A DNA stretch of 64,000 nucleotides from Ranitomeya imitator (Eukaryota), in contig NC_091290.1 of the NCBI RefSeq assembly GCF_032444005.1, positions 147,560,001 through 147,624,000 of the forward strand, read 5' to 3'. The position numbers and the translations under genes were made by a program. The first letter of the stretch is position 1. Each line of letters opens with the position of its first letter. Positions 1 to 13,227 of this stretch are shown piece by piece. The notes beneath the pieces were generated by a model. The model saw nothing but the letters and a program-made list of their open reading frames with translations. It did not search any database and was not told where the DNA came from.

Positions 1-1025
1 CATGTACTCTGCATACATATGAGTGTGTGCATGTGCTCTGTGCATACATATGAGTGTGTGCATGTGCTCTGTGCATACATATGAGTGTGTGCATGTGCTC
101 TGTGCATACATATGAGTGTGTGCATGTGCTCTGTGCATACATATGAGTGTGTGCATGTGCTCTGTGCATACATATGAGTGTGTGCATGTGCTCTGTGCAT
201 ACATATGAGTGTGTGCATGTGCTCTGTGCATACATATGAGTGTGTATGTGCTCTGTGCATACATATGAGTGTGTGTATGTGCTCTGTGCATACATGTGAG
301 TGTGTATGTGCTCTGTGCATACATGTGTGTGCATGTGCTCTGCATACATATGAGTGTGTGCATGTACTCTGCATACATATGTGTGCATGTACTCTGCATA
401 CATATGAGTGTGTGCATGTGCTCTGTGCATACATATGAGTGTGTGCATGTGCTCTGTGCATACATATGAGTGTGTGTATGTGCTCTGTGCATACATATGA
501 GTGTGTATGTGCTCTGTGCATACATATGAGTGTGTGTATGTGCTCTGTGCATACATGTGAGTGTGTATGTGCTCTGTGCATACATATGTGTGTGCATGTG
601 CTCTGCATACATATGAGTGTGTGTATGTGCTCTGTGCATACATGTGAGTGTGTGTATGTGCTCTGTGCATACATGTGAGTGTGCATGTGCTCTGTGCATA
701 CATATGAGTGTGCATGTACTCTGCATACATATGTGTGCATGTACTCTGCATACATATGAGTGTGTGCATGTGCTCTGTGCATACATATGAGTGTGTGTAT
801 GTGCTCTGTGCATACATATGAGTGTGTGTATGTGCTCTGTGCATACATGTGAGTGTGCATGTGCTCTGTGCATACATATGAGTGTGCATGTACTCTGCAT
901 ACATATGTGTGCATGTACTCTGCATACATATGAGTGTGTGCATGTGCTCTGTGCATACATATGAGTGTGTGCATGTGCTCTGTGCATACATATGAGTGTG
1001 TGTATGTGCTCTGTGCATAGATATG
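1..1025. repeat. Minisatellite, about 30-32 bp unit (CATGTGCTCTGTGCATACATATGAGTGTGTG), CA7 intron 5
   Basis: Direct tandem array starting at the first base of the window. Confidence 0.95.
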
Positions 1026-1901
1026 AGATTGATCTACTAGTGATTGTTCTGTGCCCATAACTTTTCATCAGACGGTATAAAGAGGCCGGAAACGAGCATC
1101 AAACGACTTCATTATTATCGATTACTCTCGTTTATTGTCCTGAACTCAGCGCATGTAAACACAACCGAAATGTTTGTGTGATGGAGCAATATGTGAGCAT
1201 TTAGTTCCCCACTTAAAATTTTTGCCTAATACCGGCCCTGATGAGAGCACGGGGCAGGTTTATGGATAGTCTGATGTTATTATATCAGTTTTCTCTGCCC
1301 CAATGATCCCCAGATGTGAGGGCCGGTGTGACGGCAGTAGGGGCATGACCCTGCGTCCTCACCGCTCCTGTTCCTGCTTTTTATGACCTCGGCTCTTGTC
1401 AGATGTGATATTCTGTCGCTCCGGACCTTCATATCACCACCCAGCACTCCAGCCCCAAATGAAATTCCCATCAGCAAACACTGGGCCGATAACATAATGT
1501 GCGGCGGATGTTATGTGATCTGTATGTGTATATGATCCCCAGAAAGTGACATAAGCCGAACCATAATACCCGAGAAGTGAGTGCACGGGATGTGAAAGGG
1601 GGAATGGGTGGAATAATACACTGTTCTAGAAGGAAAAACACGCAATTCACGTCCGGACACAAAGACGGGAGAATTCACACAATGCGCCGGTGACAAAGAC
1701 TCCGCGGTCCGCGGCTATAAATAGGGAGATGTATGGGGACAAGTACGTGCGGGAGGAAACCTGAGAGGACGCATGGAATAAAGACGATATGGACATTTCT
1801 CTCTATATAGGAAGGCATAGAAAGCGTACAATGCAAGGCGTGCCCCCACACACCTGACACCGCACAATGGGGGGCACCGACAGCTCGCAGCGTTCACTCA
1901 C

Positions 1902-1964
1902 CCTAAATCTGACCATGTACAAGGCGTCTGTCAGTCGGTCCAGTCCCGGATGCTTCTGCCCAAT
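1902..1964 (-). CDS. CA7: CA7 exon 5 ([21 protein letters not shown])
   Basis: Acceptor ttcag|, donor AGG|GTGAG, 63 bp. Confidence 0.92.
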
Positions 1965-4900
1965 CTGAACACAAAAATAAGACTATCCATGAAGGAGATA
2001 CAAAGTAACGAATCATACACTGCACCTGAATGAGGTCTGTCTGGGCATGCTGGGAGCTGTGGTTCCCCAAGATTTGGGGAGCCGCAGGTGTAGCCCATGT
2101 GATAGTCTTGCCCTCTCTACACTAATTTCCTCTCCTGTGGTTTACCACCTAGCTGTAATAATCTGCGGATTACATGATCGGTCCTTGAAGGACACTTTGA
2201 TTTTAGAACTTAATTCTTTCCTTCTGTCCATAGAAAGTTTTCTACAAGTGCAAAATTCCTGAATATGGAACATTTAATACTGACGTCCAAGAAGACCCCG
2301 ATGACCACGAGTCCGTCCGACGCCGCTGCTGCCTCTCCAAAACTGAGGAAGGATTTTGCATTCCAATGAACCAGGTGAAGCTGCGGGCACAATGAGAAAA
2401 AGTCATAAAAGTTTGAGAAGTTGTAAAAAGTTTAAGGCTGTAAAGTGTGAAATTCATAATCGGTGTTATAATGGGTTGTTAACGCTGCTGTAAAGGGTCA
2501 CGAGCCCATGAAATGCGTAATGTGGAGACTATTTCAAGAGCCCACACCTAGAAAACTAGAAAAATGCCCCGCCGGAGCTTCTGGTAATAAGGCTCATCCA
2601 TACCTCGCAGGGGTAAGACTTGCCGTCCACCGTGTGCTCAGATCCTCCATTGTGTTGGGTTCCCCAGTGGAAGTGGAACTGCTTGAGGCGATAGGAATCA
2701 TTCAGTGGTCCTCCGGTGATCACTGCAAGAGCCAAACAGCAAACTTGGCAGAAATCTAATACTTGCATTTTTTTAAAAATATTTTTTGCATTGAAGATGC
2801 CATAAGGCCCATGTGGTGGGAAGATTCACTGAGTACTTTGGAAGGGTGCAGGGATAGAGCCTGGCATGGTGGCTGCAAACAGTGTAGGAAACACTGTGAA
2901 CATCCCACAGAGGGATGAGCCACAGGATGGAACTCCTCATCCTGAACAGCCTGCCACTTGTAACTGGGGGACAGATACATCAGCAGTATATGGTGTGCCA
3001 CCACAGGTAATATCCCAGGATGGAACTCCGCATCCTGAACAGCCTGCTACTTGTAAGTGGGGGACAGATACATCAGCAGTATATGGTGTGCCACCACAGG
3101 TAATATCCCAGGATGGAACTCCGCATCCTGAACAGCCTGCTACTTGTAAGTGGGGGACAGATACATCAGCAGTATATGGTGTGCCACCACAGGTAATATC
3201 CCAGGATGGAACTCCGCATCCTGAACAGCCTGCTACTTGTAAGTGGGGGACAGATACATCAGCAGTATATGGTGTGCCCCCAAAGCTTATGTTCCAGGAT
3301 GGAACTCCGCATCCTGAACAGCCTGCTACTTGTAAGTGGGGGACAGATACATCAGCAGTATATGGTGTGCCACCACAGGTAATATCCCAGGATGGAACTC
3401 CGCATCCTGAACAGCCTGCCACTTGTAAGTGGGGGACAGATACATCAGCAGTATATGGTGTGCCCCCAAAGGTTATGTTCCAGGATGGAACTCCGCATCC
3501 TGAACAGCCTGCCACTTGTAAGTGGGGGACAGATACATCAGCAGTATATGGTGTGCCCCCAAAGGTTATGTTCCAGGATGGAACTCCGCATCCTGAACAG
3601 CCTGCCACTTGTAACTGGGGGACAGATACATCAGCAGTATATGGTGTGCCACCACAGGTAATATCCCAGGATGGAACTCCGCATCCTGAACAGCCTGCTA
3701 CTTGTAAGTGGGGGACAGATACATCAGCAGTATATGGTGTGCCCCCAAAGCTTATGTTCCAGGATGGAACTCCGCATCCTGAACAGCCTGCTACTTGTAA
3801 GTGGGGGACAGATACATCAGCAGTATATGGTGTGCCACCACAGGTAATATCCCAGGATGGAACTCCGCATCCTGAACAGCCTGCCACTTGTAAGTGGGGG
3901 ACAGATACATCAGCAGTATATGGTGTGCCCCCAAAGGTTATGTTCCAGGATGGAACTCCGCATCCTGAACAGCCTGCCACTTGTAAGTGGGGGACAGATA
4001 CATCAGCAGTATATGGTGTGCCACCACAGGTAATATCCCAGGATGGAACTCCGCATCCTGAACAGCCTGCTACTTGTAAGTGGGGGACAGATACATCAGC
4101 AGTATATGGTGTGCCACCACAGGTAATATCCCAGGATGGAACTCCGCATCCTGAACAGCCTGCCACTTGTAAGTGGGGGACAGATACATCAGCAGTATAT
4201 GGTGTGCCCCCAAAGGTTATGTTCCAGGATGGAACTCCGCATCCTGAACAGCCTGCCACTTGTAAGTGGGGGACAGATACATCAGCAGTATATGGTGTGC
4301 CCCCAAAGGTTATGTTCCAGGATGGGACTGTCCCGGGTGAGAAGGACCAGCTGGTGAGTGGGAGTGACCAAGGAAATAACTGGACATGTGCACAGCCCCA
4401 TAGAATAAGATGGGTACAAGTGCTGTTCGTCATTACCACAGACAGCCCTCGTCCAAGTTAAAAGATCATCTGCACTAAACCAAAGGGTAAAAAAAGGCAA
4501 ATGGCGTCTCACAGAAGTTGTCAGGTGCGACATTTCAGAGGAAATCTGCAATGTCTTACTCAGTTTTCTGGCAGCTTCCTAATCAGTTCATTGCTCCGAA
4601 TCCACCCGCTCAGCAAATATTTGGCCGCCTGGCACCACATGAATGTAATCTGTGTTATCCATGTGGGATCTCACAGGGAAGCAGAATCCGTCACCTGAAG
4701 AAAGGGCCGGACCGTTGTGAAGTTATGGGGGTGTACTGAGGATACATCGCTACTGCTATGGTGCTGCCATAGAAAACGTGTCCTAAGATCCAACTGTGAT
4801 GTGTGTGGTCTTCACTGAATATGGACGTTGGGTAACTGAGTATATTAATATTCGGACAGAAGGAGACGAGAGTTGGAGCAGAGGGGGTCAGTCTCTGGGG

Positions 4901-7900
4901 CCAGTAATGGACGCACACCACAGATGTCAGACAGAATCCCACCACCCTTGGATCTCACCTGTCTTATCGTCATTGTCGTCAAACTCCACCGTGACAGAGT
5001 GCCCGTTGTTGGACATGTCGATGGACGTGCACTGATCATAGGACACCACCAGAGGCTTCAGGCCGGGATTGAAGACGGCCTGACTGGCGACTATATTAAT
5101 AGGAGACTGACGATTGCCCTGGGCGATGGGGAAGTATCGGTACCACTCGGAGGGACCTACGGGAGGAACAGCACAAGATGAGCGCCAGATAAGAGGACTA
5201 GAGATTCACAAGACGATCATAATTTATCATAAAGTGCAGCCCTCGCTGTGCCCCCCAGAGATCAGCCGGCGCTGTGCCCCCCAGAGATCAGCCGGCGCTG
5301 TGCCCCCAGAGATCAGCCGGCGCTGTGCCCCCCAGAGATCAGCCGGCGCTGTTCCCCCCCCCCAGAGATCAGCCGACGCTGTTCCCCCCCCCCCCCCAGA
5401 GATCAGCCGGCGCTGTTCCCTCCCCCCCCAGAGATCAGCCGGCGCTGTTCCCCCCCCCCAGAGATCAGCCGGCGCTGTTCCCCCCCAGAGATCAGCCGGC
5501 GCTGTTCCCCCCCAGAGATCAGCCGGCGCTGTTCCCCCCCAGAGATCAGCCGGCGCTGTTCCCCCCCAGAGATCAGCCGGCGCTGTTCCCCCCCAGAGAT
5601 CAGCCGGCGCTGTTCCCCCCCAGAGATCAGCCGGCGCTGTTCCCCCCAGAGATCAGCCGGCGCTGTTCCCCCCCCCCAGAGATCAGCCGGCGCTGTTCCC
5701 CCCCAGAGATCAGCCGGCGCTGTTCCCCCCCAGAGATCAGCCGGCGCTGTTCCCCCCCAGAGATCAGCCGGCGCTGTTCCCCCCCCAGAGATCAGCCGGC
5801 GCTGTTCCCCCCCCAGAGATCAGCCGGCGCTGTTCCCCCCCCCAGAGATCAGCCGGCGCTGTTCCCCCCCAGAGATCAGCCGACGCTGTTCCCCCCCCAG
5901 AGATCAGCCGACGCTGTTCCCCCCCAGAGATCAGCCGGCGCTGTTCCCCCCCAGAGATCAGCCGGCGCGGTGCCCCCCAGAGATCAGCCCCCTGCCGTGA
6001 CCCCCATTGATCATCATCCCCCTGCCGTGACCCCCATTGATCATCCCCCTGCCGTGACCCCCATTGTTCATCCCCATGTTGTGACCCTCACATCAGCCGG
6101 TGGGTGACCCCCAGCGATCAGCCCCCGCTGTGACCCCCAGCGATCAGCCCCCGCTGTGACCCCCAGCGATCAGCCCCCGCTGTGACCCCCAGCGATCAGC
6201 CCCCGCTGTGACCCCCAGCGATCAGCCCCCGCTGTGACCCCCAGAGATCATCCCTACAAATGGGGGTTATAAAAATGGGTTCTCCGATTTTCACAACCCT
6301 TTTAAGTTGGACATTGTCTGCTCACAGCAGATGGTTTGGTACAGTTGTTTAGGTAATTGTATTAATATAATTGTGTGAATATATTTCCATAAGCCTGTAC
6401 AGAAAATCCCCGCAGCGGACGAGACGGACCCCGAGCAGCATGTCCAGTTTGCATGGGGCTGTGATATATTGTGACTCAGCACTTGACAGGTCCGTGTCAC
6501 AGAATACGCACATTTCTGCATCTCTTGGCAGGAAAAATGCAGCTTAAAATACAAGAGCTTCTCGCTAAATTAGGATTTCATCAAAACGTTAATTTATTTC
6601 AGTTCTTCAGTACAAAAAATGAAACTCCTATAATAATATTTTGTGGCTTCCCCTCCTTGTGGAGTGTGTCAGTGACGCCTTCTGGACATCTGTCAGATCA
6701 GCAGTCTTCCCCATGATTGTGGAGCTACTGAAAGACTAAGGGACCTTTATAAGCACTTAGGAGCCTTTACAGGTGTTTCTTGTTAATTATTCTAATTTAC
6801 GGAGATAATGACTATTGAGTTTTCATTGGCTGTAAGCCATAATCATCAACATTAACAGAAATAAACGTGAAATAGATCACTCTGTGTGTAATGACTCTAT
6901 AGAATATAGGAGTGTCACGTTTTGTATTGAAGAACTGAAATAAATTCAACTTTTCGATGATATTCTATTGTGAGCAGCACCTGTAGATGCTTTTGTTTTG
7001 TTGCAGATTTTTCCCCACTCATTAGTTTGGGTGAAATCTGCAGAAAGAATTGAGATGCTGCAAATTTAATTTTTGCACCAAATCTGCATGGAAAAACTAG
7101 GATCAGGGTGCCTCCTAGGTTAGTGCAGCCCTCCGCACATAGCCGGCGGTCCGATCTCTGCTGTGGGTAAATTGCAAAAAAATTTGAAAAATGATCATAC
7201 AGCACCATCCTGCACTATTATATATTACTTTCCTTACAGCACCATCCTGCACCTGTATATTGTTTTCTTTTCAGCAATATCCTGCACCTGTATATTGTTT
7301 TCTTTACAGCACCATCCTGCACCTGTATATTGTTTTCTTTACAGCACCATCCTGCACCTGTATATTGTTTTCTTTACAGCACCATCCTGCACCTGTATAT
7401 TGTTTTCTTTACAGCAATATCCTGCACCTGTATATTGCTTTCTTTACAGCACCATCCTGCACCTGTATATTGTTTTCTTTACAGCAATATCCTGCACCTG
7501 TATATTGCTTTCTTTACAGCACCATCCTGCACCTGTATATTGTTTTCTTTACAGCACCATCCTGCACCTGTATATTGCTTTCTTTACAGCATCGTCCTGC
7601 ACCTGTATATTGCTTTCTTTACCTCACCATCCTGCGCTATTATATTGCTTTTTTTACAGCACCATCCTGCACTATTATATTGCTTTCTTTACAGCACCAT
7701 CCTGCACCTGTATATTGCTTTCTTTATAGCACCATCCTGCACTATTATATTGCTTTCTTTACAGCACCGTCCTGCACCTGTATATTGCTTTCTTTATAGC
7801 ACCATCCTGCACTATTATATTGCTTTCTTTACAGCACCATCCTGCACCTGTATATTGCTTTCTTTACAGCACTGTCCTGCACCTGTATATTGCTTTCTTT

Positions 7901-10900
7901 ACAGCACTGTCCTGCACCTGTATATCGCTTTCTTTACAGCACCATCCTGCACCTGTATATTGCTTTCTTTACAGCGTCATCCTGCACTATTCTATTGCTT
8001 TCTTTACAGCACCATCCTGCACCTGTATATCACTTTCTTTACAGCACCATCCTGCACTATTATATTGCTTTCTTTACTGAACCATTTTGCACCTGTATAT
8101 TGCTTTCTTTACAGCACCATCCTGCACTATTATATTGCTTTCTTTACAGCACCATCCTGCACAATTATATTGCTTTCTTTACAGCACCATCCTGCACTAT
8201 TATATTGCTTTCTTTACTGAACCATTTTGCACCTGTATATTGCTTTCTTTACAGCACCATCCTGCACTATTATATTGCTTTCTTTACAGCACCATCCTGC
8301 ACAATTATATTGCTTTCTTTACAGCACCATCCTGCACTATTATATTGCTTTCTTTACAGCACCATCCTGCACTATTATATTGCTTTCTTTACAGCACTGT
8401 CCTGCACCTGTATATTGCTTTGTTTACAGCACCATCCTGCACTATTCTATTGCTTTCTTTACAGCACCATCCTGCACCTGTATATCACTTTCTTTACAGC
8501 ACCATCCTGCACTATTATATTGCTTTCTTTACACGGTAGAGGCATGCTTTAATCTTTCAGGCTCCGGAACTAAATGACTGTGGTGCAGTGTAGTGCAACG
8601 AGTCTAGCATTTCATATTGTGCAGCTAATGAGATTACCATTCACTTGGGGCCTGAGGAAAAGACGAAAAGCGAGTAGAAATGGTGTCTGTGCCTGTGATA
8701 AATGGCGAGCAACACCAGCAACCTCCAGCGATGATCAGGGGATATAGAACAGGTATATAGATACGTGATATAAAGCTGTAATCATGGAGGGAAGGGAAGT
8801 TCCTACATTTTCCATCACTTATTTTATGAATCGGTTTCACCCCAGTCTGTAATGGCTGATAACAGAGAGCAATAGATTATATTCACCTGTCCTAAAACCT
8901 GTCTCTGCTAACAGTAAGCAATAATCCACATTCTCTTCTCCACAATCTCTTTGGACATCAGTTCTTTAGCAACCTGTTATTGCTGATAACAGAGAGCAAT
9001 AAACCACAGTAATATGGATCGGGACCCGCACAGCCATAGCTCCTCTACAGGATGGCGCGGTGCAATGCCACCCTTCAACTTGGGACAAATGTCATCTCTC
9101 CTGATCTCTCTGTTTTATCAAACCCCCCCCCCAATGATTTTTTCTTAGGGGGCTGCTCGGTGCCGTTCCTCTGTTACACCTCCTGGAAATTCAAGAATAA
9201 ATTGGCAACTGGGTGTGACAATCTAATACTCTCAGCCCTGATTAGACCTGCCCCCAAGATGGTAATTGTCACCATTATCGGGTCATTCGTTAATTTCCAG
9301 GAGGAATAACAGAGGAACGGAACAACCTGCTGGAAACAGGTGCTCCAGATTCGTTATTTTCTGGGAGAACGGTGCTTATTTCTGCGGGAACTGATCTGTC
9401 CAGTGGGGGTTGTAGTCTTCGTCTCATCTCTCCAGCCGAGACACTTCTGTCCTTTTAGTTTTCATTCACCTTTCACCTTTTACGATTCTACATTTAGAAA
9501 CAATAAAGGTTCATTCATCTGTTGTGGAAATACAATCAGAGGCGGAAAAGCAAAGACACCAAAGAACGAACCTGTTCTGCCTGTAAAGAAGCCATAAACG
9601 CTAAACTGAGGGAGCAGCGATAAGTGACAAGTGTACCTGCTGGGCGGGCTATTGTTCTCTGTTATCAGGTATTCCTGGCTGTAGGCTGAGAGAATGGCTG
9701 CTCTTCCTGACCTCCACCGATCGACAGCCTTCCATGAGCATGCATACGGAGAGGACTGCCAGTCACTGATTAGGACCGCCCACTGGACTCCTAATATTAA
9801 ATATTGGACTCCTGTTTTCTCAGGAAATGTTGGGGCATGGAGTGATTGGGCAAGGTGAATGTCAATATGACCAATCCTTCATTCTCAGGGTAGATAAGCA
9901 GCTTCCAGAGGGATCTGGAGGAGGATGAAGGAGTCTGGAAAGGGTAGAGGGGTCTGGAAGAGGAGGACTGTAAGTGCAAGGGAAAGACGAGCCTAAAGGA
10001 GTCTGGTGGGGGACAGTGTAATCTGGAGGAGGACAGAGGAGTATGACGGTGACAGAGGAGACTGGAGGGGGACATTGTAATCCAGAGGGGTCTGGAGGGG
10101 GACGGGAGTATGACGGGGGACAGAGGAGACTGGAGGGGGACAGTGTAATCCAGAGGGGTCTGGAGGAGGACAGGGGAGTATGACGGGGGACAGAGGAGAC
10201 TGGAGGGGGACATTGTAATCCAGAGGGGTCTGGAGGGGGACAGGAGTATGATGGTGACAGAGGAGACTGGAGGGGGACATTGTAATCCAGAGGGGTCTGG
10301 AGGAGACAGTGTAATCCAGAGGGGTCTGGAGAAGGACAGGGGAGTATGACGGGGGACAGAGGAGACTAAAGGGGGACAGTGTAATCCAGAGGGGTCTGGA
10401 GGGGGACGGTAGTATGACGGGGGACAGAGGAGACTGGAGGGGGACAGTGTAATTCAGAGGGGTCTGGAGGAGGACAGGGGAGTATGACGGGGGACAGAGG
10501 AGACTAAAGGGGGACAGTGTAATCCAGAGGGGTCTGGAGGGGGACGGTAGTATGACGGGGGACAGAGGAGACTGGAGGGGGACAGTGTAATCCAGAGGGG
10601 TCTGGAGGAGGACAGGGGAGTATGATGGGGGACAGAGGAGACTGGAGGGGACAGTGTAATCCAGAGGGGTCTGGAGGAGGACAGGGGAGTATGACGGGGG
10701 ACAGAGGAGACTGGAGGGGGACAGTGTAATCCAGAGGGGTCTGGAGGGGGACGGGAGTATGACGGGGGACAGAGAAGACTGGAGGGGGACAGTGTAATCC
10801 AGAGGGGTCTGGAGGGGGACGGGAGTATGACGGGGGACAGAGGAGACTGGAGGGGGACAGTGTAATCCAGAGGGGTCTGGAGGAGGACAGGGGAGTATGA

Positions 10901-13167
10901 CGGGGGACAGAGGAGACTGGAGGGGGACAGTGTAATCCAGAGGGGTCTGGAGGGGGACGGGAGTATGACGGGGGACAGAGGAGACTGGAGGGGGACAGTG
11001 TAATCCAGAGGGGTCTGGAGGAGGACAGGCGAGTATGATGGGGGACAGAGGAGACTGGAGGGGGACAGTGTAATCCAGAGGGGTCTGGAGGAGGACAGGG
11101 GAGTATGACGGGGGACAGTGTAATCCAGAGGGGTCTGGAGGGGGACGGGAGTATGACGGGGACAGAGGAGACTGGAGGGGGACAGTGTAATCCAGAGGGG
11201 TCTGGAGGGGGACGGGAGTATGACGGGGGACAGAGGAGACTGGAGGGGGACAGTGTAATCCGGAGGGGGACGGGGACGGGAGTATGACGGGGGACAGAGG
11301 AGACTGGAGGGGGACAGTGTAATCCAGAGGGGTCTGGAGGGGGACAGAGGAGACTGGAGGGGGACAGAGTAATCCAGAGGGGACTGGAGGAGGACAGGGG
11401 AGTATGACGGGGGACAGAGGAGACTGGAGGGGGACAGTGTAATCCAGAGGGGTCTGGAGGAGGACAGGGGAGTATGACGGGGGACAGAGTAATCCAGAGG
11501 GGTTTGGAGGAGGACAGGGGAGTATGACGGGGGACAGAGGAGACTGGAGGGGGACAGTGTAATCCAGAGGGGTCTGGAGGGGGACGGGAGTATGACGGGG
11601 ACAGAGGAGACTGGAGGGGGACAGTGTAATCCAGAGGGGTTTGGAGGAGGACAGGGGAGTATGACGGGGGACAGTGTAATCCAGAGGGGTCTGGAGGAGG
11701 ACAGGGGAGTATGACGGGGGACAGAGTAATCCAGCGGGGTTTGGAGGGGGACAGGGGAGACTGGAGGGGGACAGTGTAATCCAGAGGGGTCTGGAGGGGG
11801 ACGGGAGTATGACGGGGACAGAGGAGACTGGAGGGGGACAGTGTAATCCAGAGGGGTCTGGAGGAGGACAGGGGAGTATGACGGGGGACAGAGTAATCCA
11901 GAGGGGTTTGGAGGAGGACAGGGGAGTATGACGGGGGACAGTGTAATCCAGAGGGGTCTGGAGGAGGACAGGGGAGTATGATGGGGGACAGAGTAATCCA
12001 GAGGGGTTTGGAGGAGGACAGGGGAGTATGACGGGGGACAGAGGAGACTGGAGGGGGACAGTGTAATCCAGAGGGGTCTGGAGGGGGACGGGAGTATGAC
12101 GGGGACAGAGGAGACTGGAGGGGGACAGTGTAATCCAGAGGGGTTTGGAGGAGGACAGGGGAGTATGACGGGGGACAGTGTAATCCAGAGGGGTTTGAAG
12201 GAGGACAGGGGAGTATGACGGGGGACAGAGGAGACTAGAGGGGTCTGGGGGGGACAGATGTTTGGAAGAGGCTTCCCCCTCACTGACGAGACATGAACAC
12301 TCGGCTGATCGGAGCGTGCATGTGTATGAGGAATGTAGCTGAACCCTGTAACATTACAGCCTTTTTTTTTACATATTTTAATATCTCCAGTCTTGTGGAA
12401 ATTTCTATAGTTCAGTGTTTTCTGCCATAATCTTATTATCTTCCCCCCGGGCTCCCAGTAATCTGGTAATGAAGCAGTTTGGAGTGATAATCTGCACACA
12501 ACGCGAGCGCCTGGGACCGGCGACAAATACTAATTAATACATTGTGTTCTCATTTCCAGCACCGCCAACCAGGAGGATAATAGCGGGGATTGTTCTCGCT
12601 GCAAGGAATCCTGATGTGACGGACAGGTGAGAAGGGAAATACCGGAGCGGAGAAACCGGGGGAATCAGATAATCAGAAATACAGGGGGTGATCACTAAAG
12701 CTCCCACCGCACGGATCGCAGGGGCTCGGGGGGGCCAGAAGGCTACTAATTCTATTACTGATAGACCACCCTGAAGGAGCACATCTGGAGCATTTCACAA
12801 AGCTCATTAGACCCTTCTCCAAAGTGTCCGGTGAGAAGCAAAAAGTGTCTGATAAATGTCGCAGATGGCGGATCTAGAATGGAGGAGGATTGATAATAGA
12901 TGAGGCGGATGAGCGATGGTGGATGAGAGCTGAGATACCTGACACATTGTGACAAGAGGCGAGTGATGGGCGAGATACGGAACGCTGGGTGCTATCCGAT
13001 GGTACAGGGATCGCTAGCTGCATGCTGGATATAGTCACCGGCGCTGCAGACGATCACGGACCCAGGGATCTGATCTCCTACAGATAATATTACACCTAGG
13101 AAGGAAGGAAAAAGGATGATGAATTACCGTCCTCCTCTCCGTATCCCCAGCAGTGTTGGCCGGTCAT
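1902..13167 (-). CDS. CA7: Carbonic anhydrase 7, partial (exons 1-5): complement join 13167..13128, 5156..4959, 2722..2604, 2380..2285, 1964..1902; exons 6-7 lie left of the window
   Basis: Spliced translation [35 protein letters not shown]...NNGHSV...[18 protein letters not shown]...[67 protein letters not shown]. Zinc ligands (FHFHWG, ELHLVH) and the proton-shuttle His (NNGHS) are present. All junctions are GT/AG with consistent phases. Exon sizes 40/198/119/96/63 match my recollection of CA7. The MTGxHxWGYG start and [11 protein letters not shown] fit CA7 rather than CA5A or CA2. Confidence 0.92.
2285..2380 (-). CDS. CA7: CA7 exon 4 ([32 protein letters not shown])
   Basis: Acceptor cccgcag|, donor GAC|GTCAGT, 96 bp. 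Confidence 0.95.
2604..2722 (-). CDS. CA7: CA7 exon 3 ([21 protein letters not shown]...GKSYPCE)
   Basis: Acceptor cttgcag|, donor GAG|GTATGG, 119 bp; contains two zinc-binding His. Confidence 0.95.
2922..4325. repeat. 93-bp tandem repeat x15, CA7 intron 2
   Basis: Unit start CAGGATGGAACT recurs at 3016, 3109 and so on; two variants (CCACCACAGGTAATATCC versus CCCCCAAAGGTTATGTTC). Confidence 0.95.
4959..5156 (-). CDS. CA7: CA7 exon 2 ([19 protein letters not shown]...[17 protein letters not shown])
   Basis: Acceptor cccgtag|, donor G|GTGAG, 198 bp. Confidence 0.95.
5245..6250. repeat. C-rich minisatellites, about 23-26 bp (CCCCAGAGATCAGCCGGCGCTGTT, then GCGATCAGCCCCCGCTGTGACCCCCA)
   Basis: Tandem arrays with variable poly-C, starting about 90 nt from the CA7 exon 2 acceptor. 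Confidence 0.95.
6568..6985. mobile_element. Internally deleted Tc1-like element or MITE in CA7 intron 1
   Basis: Imperfect inverted repeats of about 55 bp at 6579-6632 and 6905-6959; no ORF. Confidence 0.55.
7195..8530. repeat. 35-bp minisatellite (ACAGCACCATCCTGCACCTGTATATTGCTTTCTTT)
   Basis: Direct tandem array. Confidence 0.95.
9990..12250. repeat. G-rich minisatellite of about 70 bp (GGGGGACAGTGTAATCCAGAGGGGTCTGGAGG...)
   Basis: Tandem array with internal deletion variants. Confidence 0.95.
13128..13167 (-). CDS. CA7: CA7 coding exon 1 ([14 protein letters not shown])
   Basis: ATG at 13167-13165; donor G|GTAATT, phase 1. Confidence 0.92.
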
Positions 13168-13221
13168 GGTCACAGGCTGCAGTCAGTCTCCGGATCTGTC
13201 CCCGCTCTCTAGACCTGTAGC

Positions 13222-13227
13222 TTTATA
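13222..13227 (-). promoter_or_regulatory. Candidate CA7 TATA box
   Basis: TATAAA on the minus strand about 55 nt upstream of the CA7 ATG. Confidence 0.5.

Noticed and set aside
1040-1260. Hammerhead-like CTGATGA and GAAAC motifs (similar ones near 41015 and 43020)
   Set aside because: Stem II cannot be formed and the core motifs are wrongly spaced.
1902-5156. Assignment of the carbonic anhydrase as CA5A (near MVD in human)
   Set aside because: No mitochondrial leader; exon 1 [10 protein letters not shown] and downstream motifs match CA7.
5114-12526. Pro-rich and hydrophobic repeat ORFs in CA7 intron 1
   Set aside because: They coincide exactly with minisatellites.
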